Below are positions 8,650 through 17,552 of a stretch of 64,000 nt of DNA, piece after piece. Both the position numbers and the translations under genes were made by a program. Positions within the stretch are counted from its first letter, which is position 1, and each line of letters opens with the position of its first letter. The notes under the pieces are model-generated. The model saw nothing but the letters and a program-made list of their open reading frames with translations, made no database searches and was not told the origin of the DNA. Source of the stretch: a virus (taxonomy: Duplodnaviria; Caudoviricetes); IMG/VR virus record IMGVR_UViG_3300047160_022640, positions 1 to 64,000 of that record. One strand, written 5' to 3'.

Positions 8650-9351
8650 TTATGCTGTTACCTTCAACATCCTCGCAGCCTGATGTAGCCGTCGTCCCGT
8701 ACGTGAGTACAGCGTCTGCTTCCGCGGATGTTTTGCCGCCAACATTCCCTTGAGTTTTGCGAACTCCTGCGTCGGGTTTCCAGACGTGTCGATCACGAGA
8801 TCGTAGCCACCCGCTGTCATCGCTGGCGCCGGCTGCCCGTGGAGCTTGTTGAGAAAGTCGCTTTCGGCATCGGTGATGGGCGTATCGGAGAAGTACGCAG
8901 GTCCCAGGAAATTAGTCACAGGTACTTCTGTGTTGCCGACAGTCTTTACGTAGCTGTCCTCTTCGACGGCATCACACATCTCGAAAGCGCGCATTTTACC
9001 GTCGCCCGCTTGTACCCACGAAGCGCAGTACCGATCGCCGAACATCTCGAGCGCTTCGTGGCCCATCGTGATCTGCCAGCTACCGGCATCTAGGAACGCG
9101 AATCCGATTGGTTTTCCTTGAGCGTCTTTCCAGTGGTACCCGGCAGCTCCGGGTTGATCGCTCTTTTCCCAGAGCTCTAGCTGAAACGCCGTCGCGAGCA
9201 CTGCGCCGCCGCAGAGGATCGTCGGCATCGCCGCATCCCACATCGGGCAGTAATCTTGCTTGAATTGCGCCGAGATAGCTGTCACAGCGGTCGCGAAGTC
9301 GTCCGGATGAACTTCGCTGGTCTTCGTCTTGTTTATGAACTGAATGATCAT
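8650..9351 (-). CDS. zincin-like metallopeptidase
   Basis: GYH...GHEALEMFGD...EMCDAVE...TNFLGPAYF (HExxE); start ATG 9351 coupled to the upstream lipoprotein. Confidence 0.65.
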   Translation of the reverse strand: MIIQFINKTKTSEVHPDDFATAVTAISAQFKQDYCPMWDAAMPTILCGGAVLATAFQLELWEKSDQPGAAGYHWKDAQGKPIGFAFLDAGSWQITMGHEALEMFGDRYCASWVQAGDGKMRAFEMCDAVEEDSYVKTVGNTEVPVTNFLGPAYFSDTPITDAESDFLNKLHGQPAPAMTAGGYDLVIDTSGNPTQEFAKLKGMLAAKHPRKQTLYSRTGRRLHQAARMLKVTA

Positions 9352-9578
9352 TGGCTGCATTCCTCGTCGCAGGTGAAGTTGACGGTCAGACAATCTAGAT
9401 TCGAGACACTTTCTGCGGCTGCGCATTTCTCTTCGCAGTAGCTCTGCGGTTTTGGCGGATTCGTGCGACACGCTGTTTGCGCGCGCGTACACGATTCATG
9501 ACAAGTAGGCGTTGTCGGAGGAGACGGCGACTGCTTGCTGCAACCGACGAGCACGAGTGCGATCAGAGTCCTCTTCAT
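9348..9578 (-). CDS. small Cys-rich lipoprotein
   Basis: MKRTLIALVLVG-C lipobox, Pro linker, 8 further Cys. Confidence 0.75.
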   Translation of the reverse strand: MKRTLIALVLVGCSKQSPSPPTTPTCHESCTRAQTACRTNPPKPQSYCEEKCAAAESVSNLDCLTVNFTCDEECSQ

Positions 9579-10192
9579 TCGGGCCACCACAGAATGGGCC
9601 GGCGTCCACGCAGATCAGCACCTGTGATGCTGATGTCGACGTTGATACCGGCGATGATTTGTTCGAGCGGCGGGATTTGCCAGATTGCGAAACCGCAACT
9701 GGGTTCGATGACTCCGAGTGAACCGCCTCGCCAGTAGAGATGCACGTCCGGCAAGTTGAAGATCTCGATCGCTGACAGCGGTTGCGGAACACCGACGTAC
9801 GCGAGCGGGATGTAGCTGGCGCGCGCGATCTCGGCGGTGAGAATCGTGTCGTAGGCGACAATGTCGACGTGTGTGCCGTTCTGCGCTTCGAAATCGACCA
9901 TAAAATGTACGCCGGTGGGGATCTCGAGCGAGGCCGCCAGATTCAACAACGATGCGGCTCGAGACTGACCGAAAACCTCGTTGAGTGTGCTCGCAGGCGC
10001 TTTGGATAGCGGCAAGATGCCCAATCCAGCGGCGAACAGGTCATCGCGTTCGAGGCCAGAGAGTGTTTCGACGTACCTGCCTACAGCGGAAACTCCCGAA
10101 TTTTTTAGTGATACAGCGGTTTTTGCCGAGATCGGTGCGAGCATATCCGCCATTACGGTGAACAGAGATGCGTGACGTGCGACACCGACCAT
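9575..10192 (-). CDS. DUF1906/Rv2525c-like glycoside hydrolase (putative peptidoglycan hydrolase)
   Basis: AVGRY, LFAAGLGI, LEIPTGVHFMVDFE, LAYVG, YW, IWQ, VD pattern of TIM-barrel DUF1906 proteins. Confidence 0.65.
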   Translation of the reverse strand: MVGVARHASLFTVMADMLAPISAKTAVSLKNSGVSAVGRYVETLSGLERDDLFAAGLGILPLSKAPASTLNEVFGQSRAASLLNLAASLEIPTGVHFMVDFEAQNGTHVDIVAYDTILTAEIARASYIPLAYVGVPQPLSAIEIFNLPDVHLYWRGGSLGVIEPSCGFAIWQIPPLEQIIAGINVDISITGADLRGRRPILWWPE

Positions 10193-10215
10193 GCACGTAT
10201 GGTAGCATCGTCTGC
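10193..10215. promoter_or_regulatory. overlapping divergent -10 boxes (bidirectional leaderless promoter candidate)
   Basis: Minus TACCAT (10199-10204) is 6 nt before ATG 10192; plus TGG-TAGCAT (10203-10208) is 7 nt before ATG 10216. Confidence 0.55.
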
Positions 10216-10620
10216 ATGTTTCAGACAGGGTCTCAGATAGGACTCGAATTTGCGCCGCGTACCTCCGACGAATGCAAGCGCCTAGTGGGGCGGCTTTTCC
10301 ACCCTACGGACCTGCTCGGCGCTTACCGGGATGCGCGCGCGCATTTCGGTACCGGTGACTTGGTACTGGTCACATCTGAGCAGGATCCATCCGGTTTCGA
10401 GCCATGGGTGCGCCCCCAGTACGCTACCAAAGTCGCGGGGCTCACCCGCGGGAAGCTACCCTCCTTTTTCGAGGGGTTGGCTGGCGCATCGGCGCACAGC
10501 ATTGTCAGTCTTCCGCGTGAGTCGGAGGCTTTCTGGCTGGTCATCACTCGACGCCAGACGATTCCGGTAATGGTTGTCATCTACGCGACACCGTTCAAAG
10601 TCGCTGTCGGAGAAAACTGA
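10216..10620 (+). CDS. hypothetical protein
   Basis: 134 aa from ATG 10216. Confidence 0.65.
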   Translation: MFQTGSQIGLEFAPRTSDECKRLVGRLFHPTDLLGAYRDARAHFGTGDLVLVTSEQDPSGFEPWVRPQYATKVAGLTRGKLPSFFEGLAGASAHSIVSLPRESEAFWLVITRRQTIPVMVVIYATPFKVAVGEN

Positions 10621-10847
10621 TGAGCGCAAAATCGGGTCTGATGAGCGCCTTTGGTGCACTACTCGGAGGAATCGCCGGCGCGGCTGCGGGCCACTACGTT
10701 GCGCGCCGTGGCGGCGATATCGGTGGCCCCGTTGAAGACATGATGGTCGCCGGCGGAGCCACCGGCGCCGTTCTCGGTGCGTTCATTGGCGGCGCAGCGG
10801 CGGACAATCCGCCACCTCCCGCGTCTGCTCCGCAGCTAGGAAAGTGA
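10620..10847 (+). CDS. glycine-zipper small membrane protein
   Basis: Two GxxxG-rich hydrophobic helices. Confidence 0.75.
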   Translation: MSAKSGLMSAFGALLGGIAGAAAGHYVARRGGDIGGPVEDMMVAGGATGAVLGAFIGGAAADNPPPPASAPQLGK

Positions 10848-10852
10848 CAATC

Positions 10853-11377
10853 ATGCAAAAATTGCTCTATGTTTTCGGTTTCTGTTCACTGTTAATCCCT
10901 GCGGTTCTTCTCACGACTACCGCCTGCAACCTTCCGCCGAACGTCGCGACCAATGCGATCGCCACCGCGCAAGCCGCCGCACAGACCGCAACGACGCTCG
11001 TGAGCGACGCACAAGCCGCGTGGCCCGCAGTCAAGGCGCTCTTGCCGGCGGACAAGCAGGCGGCTGCTCAGGATGCCTTCGACAAGACGGTCTTCACCGC
11101 AAATCACGCACTCCTTGCGCTCAACGACGCAATCACTGCGGCGATCGCGGCGAACAATCCGACCTTCGACTTCACGGCGTTACTCTCCGCGCTCGGTGAT
11201 GCCGCAATGGAAGTGATCGCGGTGATTCAGGAGTTTCGCGGCTTGCCGGCGACGACGCCTGGACCCGCAGCTGCGCCGACACATGCGCCTCCGGAGCTCG
11301 ATGCGGCGATCACCGACATCAGTCGCGCGGCGTTCAAGCTCAAGTCTTCGAAGACGGGTCTTTCTTCTTCGAAGTAG
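10853..11377 (+). CDS. helical lipoprotein
   Basis: Signal peptide ending LLTTTA-C, Ala-rich helices. Confidence 0.7.
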   Translation: MQKLLYVFGFCSLLIPAVLLTTTACNLPPNVATNAIATAQAAAQTATTLVSDAQAAWPAVKALLPADKQAAAQDAFDKTVFTANHALLALNDAITAAIAANNPTFDFTALLSALGDAAMEVIAVIQEFRGLPATTPGPAAAPTHAPPELDAAITDISRAAFKLKSSKTGLSSSK

Positions 11378-11573
11378 GTGGCGGCGGAATGGGCGTGCGC
11401 AGATCGCGCAGAAACTCTTCGAGTTGACTGTCGAGCTCGCTTACCGCCGCGACCGCAGATCCTTCGCTGATACTTTCGAGCTTGGCCCGGTACGCCTGTA
11501 CGGCCGGGTGCTGACCGCTTTTCGCTGTCGGAGACGGGATCACAGTGGGGCGTTTTGACCGACGTTCGGTCAC
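11340..11573 (-). CDS. hypothetical protein
   Basis: Start codon overlaps the holin-like gene stop; helical composition. Confidence 0.5.
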   Translation of the reverse strand: MTERRSKRPTVIPSPTAKSGQHPAVQAYRAKLESISEGSAVAAVSELDSQLEEFLRDLRTPIPPPPTSKKKDPSSKT

Positions 11574-11851
11574 CGGTTGCTCCCGAACGCACGGCCTTGA
11601 GAGGTCATCTTGCGGATTTCCTCAACCGTATCGTTCATCTTGTTGACGTTGTCGAGTACCTGCTGCTGCAATTTGAGCGCCAGATCCGTGTAGTTTTTCG
11701 CATCTTGAATGCGCGCCTCACGTTCGGCAGTGAGCTCCTTGTCTTTGCTCCAGGCGATCCAGCCGAAGACAAATACGACGGCGCCGAGCAATCCCTGCTG
11801 GGCTAGCAGCGAAAGCAACGGTGAGACAACTTGCGCCGGCGGGGCATCCAC
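11570..11851 (-). CDS. BhlA/UviB-like holin candidate
   Basis: Single N-terminal TM (QQGLLGAVVFVFGWIAW) followed by a charged coiled coil. Confidence 0.6.
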   Translation of the reverse strand: MDAPPAQVVSPLLSLLAQQGLLGAVVFVFGWIAWSKDKELTAEREARIQDAKNYTDLALKLQQQVLDNVNKMNDTVEEIRKMTSQGRAFGSNR

Positions 11852-11909
11852 AGATTTGAACTATAGCAGCTTCAAATAGGGACCGGCTGTACGGTATTCT
11901 GTGGAAGCC

Positions 11910-12218
11910 ATGCCGGAACTCTCATCAAATCTGGAAACCAGGCTCACTGAATTTCTGGATACTGGGCCGCCGTTGAAGGAAATGATGCATCGGATCGAGA
12001 ACTGGCAGCTGGCGCATGATGCTGAGCACAAAAAGCTCGAAGAGGAGATGCGTCGAGACACGGCAAGCTACGGATTTCGGCTCAAATCACTCGAGGCTTC
12101 AGCCGGACGCGGGTGGGCAGGCGCGGTGCGAATGGCATTGATCATCATGCTCGCGGTCGGCAGCGGTTACGCCGTTCGAGCGGCCTCTATTCCTTCTTCT
12201 CCGCTTCAGGCGCACTGA
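11910..12218 (+). CDS. coiled coil plus C-terminal TM protein (XhlA/holin-like)
   Basis: Heptad region then MALIIMLAVGSGYAV. Confidence 0.5.
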   Translation: MPELSSNLETRLTEFLDTGPPLKEMMHRIENWQLAHDAEHKKLEEEMRRDTASYGFRLKSLEASAGRGWAGAVRMALIIMLAVGSGYAVRAASIPSSPLQAH

Positions 12219-12423
12219 TCGCGGGGGGCGGCTCTGTACCGTGTACGGTGCGGGCGAGCTCTTTGAGGTACGAGCCGCGTAACTCGTTCATTTCTTGGCG
12301 AATAGCGTTCGCCTCTTTCTCGAGCATCTTGATGCGCCCGGCGAGTTTTCCGTACAGGTCCTCGATGCGTTTGATTCGAGTTTCCTGTAGCTCAGACGGC
12401 GTCTTTTGGCGATGCTCGCTCAG
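12187..12423 (-). CDS. small coiled-coil protein, start uncertain
   Basis: Protein-like C-half RIKRIEDLYGKL...; only CTG (with GGAG SD) at the coupling position. Confidence 0.4.
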   Translation of the reverse strand: MSEHRQKTPSELQETRIKRIEDLYGKLAGRIKMLEKEANAIRQEMNELRGSYLKELARTVHGTEPPPAISAPEAEKKE

Positions 12424-12869
12424 GCGGCGCTCCTGCGAGGCAGATAGTAGACGACGAGCGCCCCGCCAACGACTGCGACGAGCGCGATACCGAGCCACGC
12501 GGTCGCTTTCGCGGCGTCCTTCGTGCTCTTCATCATCTCTTCGACTTGTGTCGCGAACGACGGAACCGGATCTGGGCGTTGCACCGTGTCGCTTGAACTC
12601 GTGACATCTGCTGTCGCGATCTCTGGGAATCCAGGTCCGTGCCATGGTGTCGGTACTGAGACGTCGAAGAGGTACCAGTCGCGCACCGGATCACTGTCGA
12701 AGTGCTCGGTCGTGCGCACCTTCACGGTCGCCTTGTTCGAGCTGAGCCATGCGCCGAAGGCGTCGGCGTCCGGCGCGAAGACGTCGACCCAGTAACGCCC
12801 CGCCGGGAGCGGATTCTGCGTTTCTTGAGCACCAAGCCCGATCAGACGCTCATCGAAAAAAACTTTCAT
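12420..12869 (-). CDS. tail-anchored membrane (virion) protein
   Basis: ATG 12869; beta domain, then C-terminal TM WLGIALVAVVGGALVVYY followed by PRR. Confidence 0.75.
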   Translation of the reverse strand: MKVFFDERLIGLGAQETQNPLPAGRYWVDVFAPDADAFGAWLSSNKATVKVRTTEHFDSDPVRDWYLFDVSVPTPWHGPGFPEIATADVTSSSDTVQRPDPVPSFATQVEEMMKSTKDAAKATAWLGIALVAVVGGALVVYYLPRRSAA

Positions 12870-13051
12870 CGTCGTCTCCGGCGCTTTCGGCCGCGGAAGG
12901 CGGACCAGACCTCTTCGAGGAACCATCCGGTGGCGGCTGTTGCTGCGCCACCGACGAGCGCGAGCGAAAACTCCGACGGCGCCGTCCTCGGGACAGTCGC
13001 GGTCTCCGCGAGGCCGAACTCGATAGGACGTCCGTTGCGGGTAACTGTCAT
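12866..13051 (-). CDS. small tail-anchored membrane protein
   Basis: TM followed by RGRKRRRRR. Confidence 0.7.
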   Translation of the reverse strand: MTVTRNGRPIEFGLAETATVPRTAPSEFSLALVGGAATAATGWFLEEVWSAFRGRKRRRRR

Positions 13052-13467
13052 CGGCGTGCTCTCCAGGAAGCGAGCGTCGCAATGGTCCCGACGGCGAGAC
13101 TCACCGCTGTCAGTATCGCGATCGTTTTGGACAAAGAATCGGCGCTAGTCGGCGTCGATATCTCCTGCTGAGCATCTCCAACCGGGAGGTAGACGCCGCC
13201 TGCGCGAAAACACCCTTCGACGAGGGCTCCTTGTGTGTCGGGCCCCCACACGTGCGGCTCTACGCGGATCACGGCGATGACGCCGGGAAGCGGAAAGCTC
13301 TCCGTCGCGCCGAGATCTACGGAGAGATCGGCCGCTGCCGCCATCGCGCGCGCGGCAAGCGCATCCGGAATAGGGCCGTCTACGCTGGTCCAGGGCCGAT
13401 AGCCGATGAGCGGCGCTATCGACGGACATTGCGCTGCGAGCTCGGGGCCTACGCCGAATTGCGCCAT
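13048..13467 (-). CDS. tail-anchored membrane (virion) protein
   Basis: Starts MAQFGVG; C-terminal TM followed by WRARR. Confidence 0.75.
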   Translation of the reverse strand: MAQFGVGPELAAQCPSIAPLIGYRPWTSVDGPIPDALAARAMAAAADLSVDLGATESFPLPGVIAVIRVEPHVWGPDTQGALVEGCFRAGGVYLPVGDAQQEISTPTSADSLSKTIAILTAVSLAVGTIATLASWRARR

Positions 13468-13577
13468 CTCTCGCTCGAAAGTCTACGTGTGTCGACTTGA
13501 CAGGTCCAGTTACGTAGGCGCAGTATGCCTAAAGCAGTACAAATGTCATGCGACAGGCAGGATGAAAGGCAGGTCAG

Positions 13578-13787
13578 GTGGCAACGACCAAGCAATTTCA
13601 GAAGAAAAGCAAAAAGGTCGAAGTCAAGCTGACCCCTGATCAGCACGAAATGGTCATCAGGCGTGCCGAGAAAAGCGGCATCAGGCTTGCCACTTGGATG
13701 CGTGTGGTTTTGATGCAGGTGGCTCGGAGTCAGCCGGCAAATGACGGCTATATCCGCATTCGAGAGCCGGACAGGACGACGGTATGA
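13578..13787 (+). CDS. ribbon-helix-helix DNA-binding protein
   Basis: KVEVKLTPDQHEMVIRRAEKSGIRLATWMRVVL; heads the morphogenesis operon; TTGACA at 13497-13502. Confidence 0.75.
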   Translation: MATTKQFQKKSKKVEVKLTPDQHEMVIRRAEKSGIRLATWMRVVLMQVARSQPANDGYIRIREPDRTTV

Positions 13788-14314
13788 AAGAGAACCCGCG
13801 ACAGATGATGGGATTCGAGACCTCTGCCGATCAGCAGGTGAAGATCTCGATGCGAGACTGGGATGCGCTCCGAAGGGCGCTCTGGCGCAGTCGAGTCGGA
13901 TGGGAAATCGTGATGCGGGCCGCTTCGCAGGTATTGCAGCGATGCGAGCACGTCGAAGGATGCCCCGGCGCGTTCAATGAGACAGAACCATGTCTCGGCG
14001 TATTCGGCAAAGACGAGCCCGAGTGCCCAGATCGCGAGACGCGCGCAGATGCGCTTGTAATTCTCAACGCCGCACGCATGTTCGCTCCTACCGATGCCGG
14101 ACGTGCCGCGGATATGCCGTTCATCGCGCCTAGTCGTGAGTACTACTGCGAAATTCTCTCGACACTCGTGGTTACGCAGCTACAGCTCGAAATGCTGCGC
14201 AAAGCCGGCGTCGAAATCCCGGAGCCTTCGCCGGAGATGGTCCCGGAGACGAAGTTGCCACAACTCGAAGCGCGGCGCTTAGCGCTGCCTGAAGCGACCA
14301 AGGAAAACACATGA
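13784..14314 (+). CDS. hypothetical protein
   Basis: ATGA-coupled; C/H cluster CEH..GC...C. Confidence 0.7.
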   Translation: MKENPRQMMGFETSADQQVKISMRDWDALRRALWRSRVGWEIVMRAASQVLQRCEHVEGCPGAFNETEPCLGVFGKDEPECPDRETRADALVILNAARMFAPTDAGRAADMPFIAPSREYYCEILSTLVVTQLQLEMLRKAGVEIPEPSPEMVPETKLPQLEARRLALPEATKENT

Positions 14315-14655
14315 AACTTCTCCCGCAACCGAATCAAGTGCTCGGCAGGATCGCGATTACGAAGACGCAGTCAGACATTATCGTGTCGACTGACCCGACC
14401 AAAGGCGTGTCCAAGTTCTTGTTCGTCGAATCGGTTGGCGAAGAGGTCAAAGGGATTCGTCCAGGCGACTTCGTTCTCCCGAGAATTATCAACAACATCT
14501 GGCTCAGAGGAGGCCGTCTTCACCGCGGTGTTGTCCCGATCGACGAGATTGTCTGTACGGTACGCGACGTACCGCTCAGCGACTTCGTCGACAAAGACGG
14601 TAAGCCGTTCGTAGCCGATGAAGAGGCGTCGGCTGAAGAAGCGAGGCCGTCATGA
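14311..14655 (+). CDS. GroES/Cpn10-like co-chaperonin
   Basis: LLPQPNQVL...TQSDIIV...VESVGEEVKGIRPGDFVL...IDEIVCTV follows the Cpn10 pattern. Confidence 0.65.
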   Translation: MKLLPQPNQVLGRIAITKTQSDIIVSTDPTKGVSKFLFVESVGEEVKGIRPGDFVLPRIINNIWLRGGRLHRGVVPIDEIVCTVRDVPLSDFVDKDGKPFVADEEASAEEARPS

Positions 14656-15266
14656 GCTGCGCTTGCCGCACTCCGGTGCGTCGCGCTCCGTTCGCGGAGG
14701 GCGCGACGATAGGACGCCTTCGTATTCGAGAGGCAGTCAGGCCGCGCGCCCCGCGTAACGTCGAGCCAGTTGTGCTCGCCGGCGCCAAGAGCGGCACGCG
14801 CTGCCGGCCGTTCATCATCGTACAAAAGGATCCGGATAAGTTCGCGGCGTGCAACGCGCTCGCCGACGAAATCGGGCCGCTCAACGATCCGAAGAAAGCC
14901 TTCCGCTTGATCGAGGACGCTATCGGCGACGAGGTCAACGAGGTCTTCGGTGTTCTCATGCTCGATCTGCATCAGCGCATGAAGGGTATGGCTGAAACCG
15001 GTCGCGGCGAGCCGACGAGCGTGATGGCACCAATCGGACCGACGGTGCAAGCGGTGCTCGGAACCGGCGCCGAGGGGGGCGCGATCATCTTCCACGTTCA
15101 TCCATCCGGCATCGAGGCGTATCCTAGTGACGCCGACATCGAGACGACGGAAGCGTTCGCTGACGCCTTCGCGGCCAGCGAAGTGCGTCTTCTCGATCAC
15201 ATCATCATCGGCGGTGATGCGCGTCGTCGTAGCTACTACTCTTTCCGTGAAGACGGGGGGATCTGA
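14652..15266 (+). CDS. RadC-like JAB/MPN metalloprotein
   Basis: E(VF)...HVHPSG...PSDAD...LLDHIIIG...YYSFRE. Confidence 0.9.
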   Translation: MSCACRTPVRRAPFAEGATIGRLRIREAVRPRAPRNVEPVVLAGAKSGTRCRPFIIVQKDPDKFAACNALADEIGPLNDPKKAFRLIEDAIGDEVNEVFGVLMLDLHQRMKGMAETGRGEPTSVMAPIGPTVQAVLGTGAEGGAIIFHVHPSGIEAYPSDADIETTEAFADAFAASEVRLLDHIIIGGDARRRSYYSFREDGGI

Positions 15267-15667
15267 TGACTCAAATTGAATTGCCGCCGCCATCGTCCAA
15301 GCATCCGACGGTTGCGCGGGTCGTTTCGATGCCGCCGTCGATGGCGCTCGGTACCGACGAGGTCGTGTGGCAGCTCGGCGGCACGAATCCGATGAACAAC
15401 TTCACGATCGTGCGCATGTTCGATGAAGGTGAAGCGGGCGTTGTGATCTACTCGGTAGACAAGGTATCGCTCTCGTGCGCGCGCCAGCGTATCCCGCAGT
15501 TCATGCTCAAGTTCGTCGAAGAGGGGATGCGAATCGATCTCTTCATTCGCGAACTCGAGGCTGCCGAAAGCGACGATGAGGATCCGGACGAAGACGAACC
15601 GGAGGAAGACGAACCAGAAGAACCTGAAGACACGCCCGCAGCCGGCGTGCAGCCACCAACTACTTGA
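15266..15667 (+). CDS. hypothetical protein with acidic tail
   Basis: Coupled; ESDDEDPDEDEPEEDEPEEPED. Confidence 0.7.
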   Translation: MTQIELPPPSSKHPTVARVVSMPPSMALGTDEVVWQLGGTNPMNNFTIVRMFDEGEAGVVIYSVDKVSLSCARQRIPQFMLKFVEEGMRIDLFIRELEAAESDDEDPDEDEPEEDEPEEPEDTPAAGVQPPTT

Positions 15668-15669
15668 TC

Positions 15670-17328
15670 ATGGCAGCGCGAAAAAGGCGACCGAATGGGC
15701 TCGGGGATCTCGACAACGGAAAGTTGTCGACTCCTTTACAACAGGACGAAAGTGACATTCTCGACGAAGTCGGCGCGGAGCGCGACGAAGAGACCGGTGA
15801 ATTCGTAGCCGACGAGGAAGAAGTCAAACGACTTGGTGCGCTCGATCCGGCTACAGTGCTCGAGAATCGGCGGAAAGATACGATCGTCGGTAAAAAGCGC
15901 GCGAATCAGAAGAACGTCACGCTCAACTCGGGTGACGTGCTCGAAAACTATGAGACGCTGCTTAGAATTTGGCCTTCCAATTCGATCATCATCTACGTTC
16001 GGCGGCTTACCGGACCGCCGACACAGAATGTGATCAACAACTATCCGCGATCAGGGGTCGAACTCTACACAGCGCTTCTCGGTATTCACGGATCAAGAGA
16101 AGTATCCGAGTACGAGGTCAATTTTCAGGACGCGTCGACTCGGCAGTATCGCACCAAGGGGCGAATTACACTGCCCGACACGCGCCCCGCGCCGCAGCAA
16201 GGAGCTCCCATGCAGCCGCCGTACGGCTATCCGCCAGGGTACCCACTTCCTCCAGGCTACCCGCCGCCGCCTGCGGGTTATCCGCCTCAGGGGTATCCGC
16301 CGCCGCCTGCGCCGCAAGCCGCAGCTCCTGGAGTGCCGCCGCCTCCGCCGGTCGTGCACGTGAACGCGCCACCCGCGCCCGACCTCGGTGCGAATGTCGA
16401 AATCTTACGACAGATCTTGTCGCTGGCACAGACAATGCAGCCGCCCGCACCCGCACCCGCACCCTCTGTCGCGCCTCCACAGCCGGTACTCCCGCCGCCT
16501 CCCGCGACGTCGGACCCGAACGCGATGCTCGTCTACCTGGTGCAACAACTCATCGCGGCTCGCGCGGCACCGGCACCCGTACCCGTCACGGCGCCAGTTG
16601 CTACGCCCGTGCACGAGCCGCCGCAAGGCCCCCCGGGGCATATCTGGGTCGAGCAGCTCCGTACCTGGGTGCCGCTCGAGAGCCTCGCTCGCGCGCTAGC
16701 GCCGGCTCCGCGCGGTCCCGGACCGAGTCAAGGGGGTGGCGGCGGATATCCGCCTCCAGGAGGCGCGTACCGCGGACGTGAGGAAGGACGACCTTACTAC
16801 TCGCAGCCGCCGCCCCAACCGCAGCGGGAGCGGTCGCCCGTCGATCAGCTCCGCGAGGCGGTCACGCTTCTTCGAACTGTCTCAAATTTGACGCAGGAGG
16901 TCGGCGAAATACTTCCCGGGGGACGCGAGGAATTAGGGCCCGCGCCGACGCCGACACCAGATGATCCGGTTCGCTTCATGAAAGTCGGCGACATCAACAT
17001 GGGGTTCGATCCGGAGAGCGGCGGCTTCCGCCCGTGGGAAACGCTTACTGCGAACGCCGACAAGATCATCAAGACGGTCAACGAGCAGATCGTCAAACCG
17101 ATACAGGAACGTCAGCATCCGCGGTCGTCTCAGCGGCGCGTGCACCCTCCTGTGCCCGGGGTCGTCACGATGATGCCCGGCGACGAGCCGCCGCCAGGGT
17201 ACGTGGCGGTTCCGGTCGATCAGCTGCCGCCCGCACCTGTCGACGTGCCTCCTCCCATTTCTTCGACGCCAGCGGCCCCACCATGGGGGGCGCCGGTAAT
17301 TCCCGTCGAAGGAAACGGTATCGGATAA
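15670..17328 (+). CDS. large proline-rich low-complexity protein (assembly/scaffold candidate)
   Basis: Globular N-terminal ~170 aa, then PPYGYPPGY/poly-Pro tracts interspersed with short helices. Confidence 0.75.
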   Translation: MAARKRRPNGLGDLDNGKLSTPLQQDESDILDEVGAERDEETGEFVADEEEVKRLGALDPATVLENRRKDTIVGKKRANQKNVTLNSGDVLENYETLLRIWPSNSIIIYVRRLTGPPTQNVINNYPRSGVELYTALLGIHGSREVSEYEVNFQDASTRQYRTKGRITLPDTRPAPQQGAPMQPPYGYPPGYPLPPGYPPPPAGYPPQGYPPPPAPQAAAPGVPPPPPVVHVNAPPAPDLGANVEILRQILSLAQTMQPPAPAPAPSVAPPQPVLPPPPATSDPNAMLVYLVQQLIAARAAPAPVPVTAPVATPVHEPPQGPPGHIWVEQLRTWVPLESLARALAPAPRGPGPSQGGGGGYPPPGGAYRGREEGRPYYSQPPPQPQRERSPVDQLREAVTLLRTVSNLTQEVGEILPGGREELGPAPTPTPDDPVRFMKVGDINMGFDPESGGFRPWETLTANADKIIKTVNEQIVKPIQERQHPRSSQRRVHPPVPGVVTMMPGDEPPPGYVAVPVDQLPPAPVDVPPPISSTPAAPPWGAPVIPVEGNGIG

Positions 17329-17329
17329 C

Positions 17330-17515
17330 GTGCGCTACCGAATCATGATGAGCATCGAGATCGAGGCGACCGGTGATCGGCAAGCCTTCGAAACGGCGTT
17401 GAAGTTGAAGGGGTTGGTCAAAGACAGTCCGATGCTCCAAATGGCGCTACAAGGCGCAGGTATTCAGGTTTCCGGAGATCCTGTCGTACACCAGCCGCAA
17501 CGAGCCGTAGGGTAG
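17330..17515 (+). CDS. hypothetical protein
   Basis: 61 aa within the operon. Confidence 0.6.
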   Translation: MRYRIMMSIEIEATGDRQAFETALKLKGLVKDSPMLQMALQGAGIQVSGDPVVHQPQRAVG

Positions 17516-17552
17516 ACCGCTCACCGACGCTCGCGTAGGCTAGAAGGGCGAC

